Shown in pieces: positions 1 through 10,073 of a stretch of 31,465 nt of DNA. Below the pieces are notes generated by a model. The model worked only from the letters and a program-made list of their open reading frames with translations, did not search any database and was not told where the DNA came from. The position numbers were made by a program, and so were the translations under genes. The stretch's first letter is position 1, and the number at the start of each line of letters is the position of its first letter. The stretch is from Tubiluchus corallicola (lineage: Eukaryota; Animalia; Priapulida), in NCBI GenBank assembly GCA_030141605.1, contig JAQGDQ010001637.1:1-31465 (forward strand), read 5' to 3'.

Positions 1-499
1 ATAGCCGTGTATTATGTTGTGTGCTCTTGTTCTAAAATAAAATGAGATACTTTTAAATAAAAGAGTAATGACAATGACAGCCACAGCAATCTCTGTCTAT
101 CCCTCTCCATAGCCTCGCCTCTTTCCCTCTTTCTCTCCTCCCTCTTCCCTATGACAACCCTATGAATCATTTCTCAATTCATGTTATTTACTATAGGCAT
201 TATAAACAAATAGGCTTTGTAGTTTACATCATCGCACACATCTTTCAAATGGTTTCACATTGATACATAGCCCGACTACGATTGTTTAGTCCACGTTTAG
301 GCCACATGAAATTGGAAACGTGTAAAGTTATGAGAAATGGTCAGAACTTGTACGGTCAGCAGGTTGCTTTGTGCTTGGGGAACTATCGTAGGACGTTTGG
401 ATTTGTACGAAAGCGTGCCAGGCAGCAAAGAATCTAAGGAACTTGATCAGTTTTGTCAATTTACTAATAAAACTTAGTTATGTTTAGTTATGTAATATT

Positions 500-1060
500 G
501 TTGTTGTTGGCATCCTTCTGTCTCGGAAGACAATGGAGTGTGCGCCAAGAGAGTCAGTTATTGATCACATTGATGGAGCTGCAGCGTCGACTGTGGCTGA
601 GCAGTGTGATCCTTGAACCACTGGAGTAGTCTCTCCAGGGCGCACGCCTGGGCAAGGTGTATGAAGATCCTGAGTTGCTCAGACAACAGGAACCCCCCTC
701 CTCTTCCTCCCTGGTGTAGTCCAAAGGAAAGCGGAGCGATACGTTTGGCACCAGGTTGGCTGCAGGAGCTGCCGGAGTCAGTGGGTTTGTTGCACTGGTC
801 CGCCTTCGGGGCTCCACTCCTAATTTGGAAGGTTTACTCCTCTACACATGGCCGTTGCGTCACTTGACCTCCTCCGCCCTCTAGCCGTTGGCTGCTTGTG
901 CAGCTCCACCTAGTGTCGAGATACAGTGTGGGCATCCCGCAAGCCTACAGCACCTGGTATTCCTAGGCGGTCACCCATCCAAGTACTAACCAGGCTCTAC
1001 GTTGCTTAACTTCAGTGATCGGACGAGAACCGGTGTTTTCAACGTGATATGGCCGTAGTA
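500..1060 (-). mobile_element. 5S rRNA-derived SINE (SINE3-type) with RTE-type LINE body/tail
   Basis: On the - strand: a full-length 5S head (1060-941), then ~430 bp GC-rich body, ending ...CCATTGTCTTCCGAGACAGAAGGATGCC(AAC)n as in RTE-clade 3' ends. Perfect 12-bp TSD TTATGTAATATT at 488-499 and 1061-1072. Confidence 0.85.
941..1060 (-). rRNA. 5S rRNA-like sequence (head of the SINE; probably not a functional rDNA unit)
   Basis: Reverse complement reads TACTACGGCCATATCACGTTGAAAACACCGGTTCTCGTCCGATC...AGTTAAGC...GTACTTGGATGGGTGACCGCC...GGTGCTGTAGGCTT (120 nt). A and C boxes are present. There is no oligo-T terminator downstream. Confidence 0.9.
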
Positions 1061-1140
1061 TTATGTAATATTATACATTTATAAAGTGTGACTATAAAAA
1101 TATTTTCAGTGTTATATGTACGAGTAAATATTTTGTGCAG

Positions 1141-1266
1141 GTTACGTGTGAATACGCTTTTGACCACGGCGCATGCGTGCCACTGAGAGTCCACACTATA
1201 GTCATTTCTGTACAACATGATCCCGACGTCACAATTCAGCAAATCAAGAACGACTTGATGGAGAAG
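1141..1266 (+). CDS. MAT: S-adenosylmethionine synthase, internal exon (VTCEYAFDHGACVPLRVHTIVISVQHD...LMEK)
   Basis: AG/GT boundaries, 42 codons, contains the MAT motif RVHTIVISVQH. Upstream exons lie outside the window. Confidence 0.93.
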
Positions 1267-1897
1267 GTGAGAGAGAAGATCAATTCGTTACGTTAACCAG
1301 TTTTGTGTAGAGAAAATTTTAATTGTGCGTTAATCGTACAAGGAACAGATATCTAAGCAGAGGTCTAATCGGTAGTCACTAGTCAGTTAACGTTCTTGTT
1401 AGGTATAGAAAATCAACGCTAATGTCGAAATTTGAATTAACTTAATTAAATTAATTAATTAATTAAATCAGCGCAGTGAGTAACTAACTAAATGGTTTAG
1501 AAGAGATACGCATGCAGGAGGAGATGAAATAGGAAGAGGTGAAATCACCTCTGTGTTATTTATTAGCGACATTTAAATTAACACTGGCTTAAGTAAAATG
1601 GTTATATACAAAACTATCTTCTCAACATTTAAAATTAATTTTTAAACATTTTGTCATACTATCAGGCTTAGTATTTTACAAGTTTGAATTTTAAAAAAGA
1701 AGCAAGCTAAGTTCGTAATAGTAAAAAGAGATGGCGTGGCGTAACAGGCGTGACATTGCGTCTAATAAACGAGAAGCTAATAAACCAGTCTCTTTTATAG
1801 TAATTTTATTTTGATAGCTATTAGTAGTTAGTATGTATCTCCAACTTGTTATACTTTCAAGTATTATAGTGTTTTCAGTTGTTTATATTTATTGCAG

Positions 1898-1990
1898 GTG
1901 ATAAAAACGACAATACCGCCAAAATTTATTGATGAGAAAACCATTTACCACCTGAACCCCGCAGGAAGGTTTGTCATCGGTGGACCTCAG
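1898..1990 (+). CDS. MAT: S-adenosylmethionine synthase exon ([31 protein letters not shown])
   Basis: AG/GT boundaries, phase 0/0, GRFVIGGPQ motif. Confidence 0.95.
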
Positions 1991-2045
1991 GTAATTAGCA
2001 TGTTTGTTAGTAATATTTTGAAGCCAGGTTTAACTTAGCTGTTAA

Positions 2046-2715
2046 AGGACAAGAAAACGGGGTACCCGAAGTAGGTTTCAGAAAAATCGCCTTAAAAATC
2101 ATACTACTTTATAGCAATTTTATGCGTATATCGTACTCGTATTGAAAGGATTTTTGTTTGTTTTCATTTTAAATCTCCCACAATACTGTTCCGACCGCGC
2201 CATTACGTGACGTCATATACGCACAACGTAAATCAGGGGAAGAAAAGGCAATGTTAAATTATGTCCCAAAAAACTTTCCGTGCAAATCTATATTATTTAG
2301 CCTTTCACTTACCTGCTGGAAAGACTTATGTAACTAGAAAAGAAAATTATTAATTATTTAAAATGTTTACACCAATTGGTAAAATGTCGTTGACTCACCT
2401 CCAGGGTGCACCATTCACTAACCAAAAGACGTATTTTCAATCTAATTGACAAGATACAATAATTTAAAACATTACTTAGTTAATGACATGTGCTGCGCAT
2501 GCTCTGATTATTTTTCAAACTTTACGCATTGTTATCTAAACTCGTTTCCAATGCCTTATCGTCGAAATGGATGCGTCTGACGGTCATCGCGGGAATGTTT
2601 TATACAGCGTTACTGCCTACGCAAGCCCTGTATGAAAAAAGGCAGTAGGTAAGCGATATAAAATTTCAAGACGAATTTTTTAAGCTTTATAATATATGGA
2701 GGGTTTTCTTGTGCT
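2046..2715. mobile_element. Non-autonomous Kolobok-like DNA transposon
   Basis: TIRs AGGACAAGAAAAC / GTTTTCTTGTGCT, TTAA on both sides (2042-2045, 2716-2719), RR..YY termini. A similar full-length copy lies at 16229-16909. Confidence 0.7.
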
Positions 2716-2774
2716 TTAAATTTTCATCCTCGTTACTTAACTTTTGGTGTGGTACTAAACGTCGAACTCGTTTT

Positions 2775-3005
2775 TGCCATTGCTGTTGGTTTTGTCGTCA
2801 TCATTACTTCATGCTGAAGCCTGGTCACTGTCGTTGCAGTTGTCGTCGCTATGGTTCTTGTTCATATTTCTGTTTCTATCGTTGACATTAATGCAGTTGT
2901 TGTGTCATCTCTTCGTTTTGTTTACTTTCATTGTTTCTGTCACTGTTACTGTCGTTGTCGCCACCATCACTGCCATCATTATCATCGCACTTGCTGTTGC
3001 ATCAT
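2775..3005. repeat. Degenerate GTT/GTC/ATC low-complexity tract
   Basis: Trinucleotide-biased sequence; explains the hydrophobic ORF 2774-3007. Confidence 0.55.
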
Positions 3006-3159
3006 AGTCCTCTGTTGACGTCAAGCAGTCCTGTTCTGCTGGGCACACCCTCTTTCAAATCTAATATTGCATTATAGTTAAAACTTGTAATAATATATTA
3101 CGCGCCAGGAACCCCAATATTTTAAACGATTCACCGGTTTTACCTAAATGATAATGTTC

Positions 3160-3795
3160 AGCTAAACTATGACCTTTTCACTAAAGGCTGTAAAGATAAT
3201 AACGGTCATCGAATATTGCCGAATTGTAACTGTGGATTTCGATTTGAGTCTGTTGAACACTTTTTGTTGCACTGCCCATTGTATCAACAAACTAGGGTTG
3301 TTATGTTTGATAAGCTAAATGAAATACTTCTGCCCGAAAACCTTAATATAGCTGCCTTAGGAACTAATGATCTGTTGAAGTTTGCTATTATTCGGAAAAG
3401 ATGAATTTAACTATGTTGCTAACTGTAAAATATTCCAATGCATACATGACTTTATATTACGTACTAAACGCTTCCAGTAGTTTCTATCTGATATGAAATG
3501 CATCAGTCTTAAATATTCCTACATTAATATTTTCTAACCGTCATTTTCTACTAATGTCTAATGTAATCTTGTAGTAAAACTTGTTTGTTTGTGTAGTTAT
3601 AGTCTATTCTTACTGTAAATGTTACTAATGTCTAATGTAATCTTGTAGTAAAACTTGTCAGCTTGTGTAGTCATAGTCTATTCTTACTGTAAATGTTTTT
3701 GTAAATAGTGTATAAAGTCTGTTGTGGTGAGGATCCTAAATCATGTTGTTCAAACTGTCTGATCCAATCCTATAATAAATTATGTTTAAACTAAA
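3160..3795 (+). mobile_element. 5'-truncated LINE fragment (CR1/L2-group ORF2 C-terminus and 3' UTR)
   Basis: Encodes CNCGFRFESVEHFLLHCPLY, the CCHC-type ORF2 terminus. AT-rich 3' UTR with a ~74-bp tandem duplication (about 3549-3697) and AATAAA near 3774. Confidence 0.7.
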
Positions 3796-3799
3796 AATG

Positions 3800-4582
3800 A
3801 TAATTTTAAAACCTTGGGAATCATCTGTAAATTACGCAAGTTTGTTAATAGAGAAACATTGATGAAAATCTATTACAGTTTAGTCTACCCATATCTAATA
3901 TATGGTGTCATGTCTTGGGGTTGTGTATATAAAAGTAATCTGGAAGCTTTACAAATTACACAGAACAAAGTTCTTAAACTAATATATCATATAAGGCATG
4001 ACCAGCCCACAAATATAATTTACTTGTCTGTTAAAACTCTTAAAGTGAAAGAAATATGTGACATGTATTGTCTACATTTCATGTATCAGTATCATAATTC
4101 ACTACTTCCACCAGGTTTTCAGTCATACTTTAGTCCAGTTTCAAATCAACATGATACAAGATACTCAGTCGAAAACTATGTACTCCCTCTTCCAAAAACA
4201 AATATAATGAAACAGTCATCAAAATATTAACGTTACTAAAATATGGTCATCAATTCCGCGTGAAATGAAAACTCTTAATCTTTATCAATTGAAAAAAGCG
4301 TCAAAGAATTACCTACTACAACGGTATAATTAACTCACAATTTTACTCATCCTGATCTTAAGTTACTAACAAAACTTATTTTGTTCTAATGCACGTTATA
4401 ACTGATGAAATGTAATGTTAATTGTCAATTGTTTCACTTATTTGGAGGAGGACTCGAAAGCTCAATGCTCCTTCCTCCTCCTCAGAGTAACTCGCATAGT
4501 TTATGTTTTTTTCAGTGTTATATCAATTTGTATGTATGTTTGAGTTGCTGTGGAATAAATTCATAATTCATAATTCATAATA
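3800..4582 (+). mobile_element. 5'-truncated LINE fragment (post-RT region of a CR1/L2-group ORF2)
   Basis: ORF 3814-4230 reads IYYSLVYPYLIYGVMSWG...LQITQNKVLKLI, with a frameshifted KIWSSIP end. AATAAA is followed by an (ATTCATA)n tail at about 4554-4582. Confidence 0.8.
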
Positions 4583-4615
4583 ACGATTACACTCGAACAC
4601 TATGGCTTTTTACAG

Positions 4616-4798
4616 GGTGATGCTGGTCTGACAGGTAGAAAAATAATCGTGGACACCTACGGTGGCTGGGGTGCACACGGAGGTGGCGCCTTCTCCGGGA
4701 AAGATTTCACTAAAGTTGACAGGTCTGCTGGTTATGCAGCAAGATGGGTGGCTAAATCTCTAGTGAATGCCAAGCTGTGCAGAAGGTGTCTGGTTCAG
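4616..4798 (+). CDS. MAT: S-adenosylmethionine synthase exon ([30 protein letters not shown]...LVQ)
   Basis: Hallmark MAT signature [13 protein letters not shown] boundaries, 61 codons. Confidence 0.98.
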
Positions 4799-5006
4799 GT
4801 AAAACACGCACACATAAGTGGATATTTTTTTAAAAAATAGTTGAAGCGATTAGGCAGATTGATTAGACTTGTTTTGCTCTGATCCTAATTAAGGGACAAT
4901 TTAAGACAATTAAAAGTTGCAGAAGTGATGTGCATCTTCACCATCATCATCAGCATCAATTCATTATCATTTTCATCACCACCATCATTGTCATCAGCAT
5001 TAATAT

Positions 5007-5396
5007 TGTGACGAAGGCAGATTATGACCAACCCCCTATTGTTAGTAATGGGTATGTTCGAGAAGCCCAGTAATGCAAATGTACCTGTATAAAACAGAAC
5101 ATGCCGTAATTTGATGATTCCAACCTGGCCTTTCTGTCTGTAAAGGTAAATGCTGTAGGTTTGCTGATTTTTATACAAAAGTTTGTTCACATGCATGGAG
5201 CTACTGGTTGTGCATTATAGTTCATTTTACATTTGCATTCTTTTTACTTTTCTCGTCTGCTGTATAAAGTATTTCATAACTTGTATGCCGCTCTATACAT
5301 CCTGAGATGGATCCGCGCTGGAACCAGGATCCATTACACTGGTGTCAGAAGTGGGATCCGAAATTACCGCCAGGAATGGAACCCAGAGCCGTTACA
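5007..5396 (+). mobile_element. Internally deleted LTR retroelement: LTR (5007-5338) + tRNA-Leu PBS + LTR terminus
   Basis: TG...CA LTR with TATAAAA. PBS TGGTGTCAGAAGTGGGAT at 5340-5357. Second end CGTTACA at 5396. ATAT TSD at 5003-5006 and 5397-5400. Homologous to the LTR at 11958-12306. Confidence 0.8.
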
Positions 5397-5426
5397 ATAT
5401 TACCATCGTTGTCATCATTATCATCA

Positions 5427-5459
<33 letters not shown>

Positions 5460-5661
5460 CCGCCGTCATTATCGTCATTATAGTTTTCTCGCATCCATTT
5501 GCTTCGCTCCATTTAACGTATTTCTAGTTGTTGTCATTAATTTAGTCTCACCCATTTGTGCTAAATTGGTGCATAAATAAATCTAAAATTTAAAAATCTA
5601 AATCTGAACCGCTCATGCATGTTCTTACTATGAATTTCTAACAAATCACGAAGAACCAGAG

Positions 5662-6250
5662 TATTCAATTCAATTCAATAGATTTATTTCGCAATAACAT
5701 ATACATATACATTACATGTGCATCGATAATCAGTTTTTGTTAATACAGAATTATGGTACAATTCATAAATTTTGCACTAGAGACCTAAGAAGCTAGCTTA
5801 TGCTAGGCCACTAGAATTAGTTACGAGAAAAATTACAATATATTGTTAATGGTTAGTGTGAGTTACAGAGGGCGTTAGTAGTTTTAATTTTCATTACAAT
5901 GTAAACTGATGGTCGGTACAGAGAAATGATAAATGCTTTAACACATTAGCTAAGCATTTGCGGAGGAGGCAACACTTGTTTAGACTATACGGAGGTATAT
6001 ATACGGGTGGGAAATAATAGAAATATTATTATACTAGAGGGGAAGTTTTCGAAAATGAAAAACAACAAATCATGATTGAGTGATCAGTTATATGTTTCAA
6101 GTAAGTTTAATTTATAGTAGATTCATTTTTTTCTCACTAGTGAAATTTTTGATGTTTTCTAGCTTTAGGAATGTGTTCACGATGAAGATTGTTGAGTCTA
6201 GGCTTGTAAATTACTTCGCGAAATTATCTTTGAAAATGAAGCTAGTGGTT
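5662..6250 (-). mobile_element. Probable LINE 3' end fragment
   Basis: The - strand has AATAAA followed by a (TTGAA)n tail at about 5662-5690. The far boundary is uncertain. Confidence 0.4.
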
Positions 6251-6303
6251 TTACTCATTCAAAGTTTGTGGTTTCACTCATTCGAGGTTTCTACTTTTCT
6301 TAG

Positions 6304-6437
6304 TTTTCGTACGCCATTGGAATACCTGAGCCGTTGTCAATAAGCATATTTACTTACGGTACTTCTCACCTGTGCGAGTCGGAACTTATCAAGATCGTAA
6401 ACAAAAACTTTGACTTGAGACCTGGGCGAATCGTCAA
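6304..6437 (+). CDS. MAT: S-adenosylmethionine synthase exon ([21 protein letters not shown]...[10 protein letters not shown])
   Basis: SYAIG and FDLRPG motifs, TAG acceptor, GTAAGT donor (phase 2). Confidence 0.95.
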
Positions 6438-6456
6438 GTAAGTGCTTCTACTTTGG

Positions 6457-6950
6457 ACTTTCAGTATTATACGTGCGGGGGACGTGTTGACAAATTTTCC
6501 AAACTTTGCCCAAAGATGTCGCCACATGATCAGCAAATTATAAAATGAAGGCAAATGATAACAATTATTGTGAAGTTATTGTCATTACAGAATAACTTTG
6601 AGTATTACACGTGTGGGACCTATTGACAAATTTTCCAAACTTCGCCCGAAGGTGTCGCCACATGATCAGCAAATTATAAAATGAAGGCAAATAATAATTA
6701 TTGTGAAGTTATTGTCATTAAAGAATACCTTTGAGTATTATACGTGTGTGACGTATAGACAAACTTTCCAAACTTCGCCTAAAGGTGTCGCCACATGATC
6801 AGCAAATTATAAAATAAAGGCAAATAATAATTATTGTGAAGTTATTGTCATTAAAGAATAACTTTGAGTATTAAACGTGTGGGACGTATTGACAAATTTT
6901 CCAAACTTCGCCCAAAGGTGTCGCCACATGATCAGCAAATTATAAAATGA
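6457..6950. repeat. Tandem repeat, ~133-136 bp unit, ~3.7 copies
   Basis: GACAAA(T/C)TTTCCAAAC...GATCAGCAAATTATAAAAT recurs at 6489, 6625, 6758 and 6891. Confidence 0.92.
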
Positions 6951-7628
6951 ATAACGCATTTTAGAAGTAGCATATTATTCACTCGTTTACTTGTTTTGTG
7001 CTATCTCTCACTCTATAAGTTGTTACTAAATCAGTCACTCTTAGAAACATTTTTACAGTCTGACAAACGAGTTTGTTGTGTGCAGAGTAGTCGCAGGCAC
7101 TGCACAACTTTAGACATAGAAACTAGATTCGTGACAACAATAAATTAAGTTACTAAGGCAACTAGGAGGAAGTTCATTTGGCTCTTCAGCATTTTAGGAA
7201 GATGCAGCATAAATGAAAATTTTTTTAATATTTCCAACTGTATTGTTATTATACAACAGATAACAGGATCCTTTATATATGGGCAGGCAGAAATAGTTGA
7301 TAATATAATTGATAAATTGTATGTTTACTTTGCATATCACAATGCAGTTATATGGACGAATTGGTACAAACTATGTTGCATTATGAAATCAACATCTTTT
7401 ACCAATTTAAAGTGACTTTTATTGGGTTTTATGCTTCTGTATGTTGTATTTTTAGTGATTTGTCTTGTGTTTTTATTTTCTGTGTCTGAGTGTGTATGTA
7501 TGTATATATGTAAATATTTTATTAGTTTATATCGTAACTTTATAGTATATTTGAGTGTTTTTTAATTTTTATAAAAAGCTATGTACTTTTAAATGTATGA
7601 AATAAATTTAAAACAATAAATAAATAAT

Positions 7629-8220
7629 CAGTGGCGACCCGTAGCTAAAATCGTGGGGTGCTGCTTCAGAAAATTTTTAGCCATTGATTTAATACTGTGT
7701 AGAACGTAACAAACATACGTAATTTTAACGTTGTAGTTTTATTTGAAAATCAAGTGTTGAACGGCCTCTTTTCTTAACTGTAACTTTCTCATGGAGAGAC
7801 AATTGTGAAAAATAAAGCTGTTGTCACTTCACTTACAGTCACAAAAGTTATTTCTTGGAGATGCAAGGCGTCCATTATTAAATGATTTATGTTCCAAGCA
7901 CACACGCTAAGTTTACACTTTATCATATTCAAGACTATGACGGTACACGGTAAGCACGTGGCAATTGTTACTTTGATAGAGACAGTACTTTTCTACCTAG
8001 CAGCATGTGCTAGCGTACAGCATGTTATCTCAGACATATGCGCATGCGCACAACAGCCAAACACCACGCTGCTTGGTCTGTGAAGCAAATCGTACTACGC
8101 ACACGTGCTCCTGTTCTGCACAAGTATAAAGAAAGAACTAAAGAAAAAAGACTTATTGAATATTATCTATAGCAATGAATGAAAACAGGGGGTGCTGGAG
8201 TAATACACGTGCCGCCACTG
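7629..8220. mobile_element. hAT-like MITE
   Basis: TIRs CAGTGGCGAC / GCCGCCACTG. The 8-bp flanks TAAATAAT and CAAATAAT match at 7/8 positions. Confidence 0.7.
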
Positions 8221-8263
8221 CAAATAATATTACTCACCGTTGTAGTTTATTAACTCGTTTGCA

Positions 8264-8798
<535 letters not shown>

Positions 8799-9300
8799 AA
8801 AATCTTTATTTGCCATTTTAAAAACATTGACCATCATATTAAAAGACAGACAATCAGTGTTAGTTCATATAAAAAACATACACTGTTCTGGGCAAATGCG
8901 TCTGGTGAAAGCAAAACTATAAGTGCAACTAGAAATTCAAAAATAAAATATAAAATAGTTTAGTAAGGTCTAGGAAAAATGAAATTATGATTTGAGTGAG
9001 TATCATCGTGTTCGTATGTCGGATATTCAAAACGAGTCATTAAATGTTTTTTTTAATTTAGACTTGAATATTGATAAAGAGCTGCTGTGTTTTAGTTATG
9101 TCGGTAATGAATTCCAAAGTTGTATTGCTTGCTTAGTAATGGAATTCTTTCCATATTGATTGTTCGTTCTAATGTTTCTTAAATTTAGTGTTCTGTTATT
9201 CATACTGGCGTTTTCAAGAAGTGGGAGCTTATTGTTTTTGAAAGGAGAATTAATATTGTTGATATATTTATAGACGAGAACGGAAGTCGTTTTGATCAAA
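8799..9300 (-). mobile_element. 5'-truncated LINE fragment whose tail is the (TAC)n tract
   Basis: ORF 9096-9299 ends YGKNSITKQAIQLWNSLP, a typical LINE ORF2 end. On the - strand AATAAAGATTT runs directly into (TAC)n. Confidence 0.75.
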
Positions 9301-9362
9301 ACGGAAAGTTGGTCGCTTCATTCACCTTCCACTGACTAAACTTTGTGAAATTTATTTTCCAG

Positions 9363-9465
9363 AGATCTTAATCTGCGCCAGCCGATCTACCAAGAAAGCA
9401 GCGTGTACGGCCATTTTGGCAGGAGCGAGTTTCCTTGGGAAATACCGAAAAAATTAATATTTTAG
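9363..9465 (+). CDS. MAT: S-adenosylmethionine synthase terminal coding exon ([33 protein letters not shown])
   Basis: YGHFGR..FPWE.PKKL C-terminal motif, CCAG acceptor in matching phase, TAG stop at 9463-9465. Confidence 0.96.
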
Positions 9466-9655
9466 GCCTAAAATCCTCTTGCACGAAGGCCTTAAAGTGT
9501 CTCCTCATAGCCGGAACGCACTGATGTGTTCGGAGAGAATATTTACAAAATTATTTCACTGTCTAAGGGCTTTGTAAATGTATTGGAATTCACATTCATG
9601 GGAAGAGCAGTTATATATCAAATAAGCTTTAAACGAATTTTAATTGATTTATCTT

Positions 9656-10073
9656 TAAAGGAAAGAACAAGTCACTTCGTATGTTGGATTTATATTACTG
9701 TTGTCACTCAAACTGTTTGTGCTGTGCTAAAGGAAAGAATGAGTCACTCAGCATGTTGGTTTATTTTACTGTTATCACTTAAACTGTTTGTGGTGCGCTA
9801 AATGAAAGAACGATTCACTTCGTATGTTGGATTTATATTACTGTTGTCACTTAAGCTGTTTGTGCTGTGCTAAAGGAAAGAATGAGTCACTCAGCATGTT
9901 GGTTTATTTTACTCTTATCACTTAAACTGTTTGTGGTGCGCTAGAGGAAAGAAAAAGTGACTTAGTATGTTGGGTTTATTTTATTGTTATCACTTAAACT
10001 GTTTGCGGTGCGCTAAAGGAAAGAGCAAGTCACTCAGTACGTTGGGTTTACTCTAAGGTTATCACTTAAACTT
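9656..10073. repeat. Tandem repeat, 71-72 bp unit, ~5.8 copies, just downstream of the MAT stop
   Basis: GGAAAGA-type unit starts at 9660, 9732, 9803, 9875, 9946 and 10018. The first four units alternate A/B. Confidence 0.93.

Noticed and set aside
554-867. ORFs of 87 aa and 84 aa
   Set aside because: Both lie within the SINE body; only the SHSRRC remnant is meaningful.
941-1060. Functional 5S rRNA gene
   Set aside because: No oligo-T terminator, altered first two bases, and it lies inside a TSD-bounded element.
4611-4620. TACAG acceptor as a METTL16-regulated splice site
   Set aside because: It is followed by GGTG rather than A(G/A)AA, so it does not match the consensus.
7140-7628. Possible further LINE 3' end (AATAAA-rich tail)
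   Set aside because: No recognisable protein motif could be read; too decayed to call.
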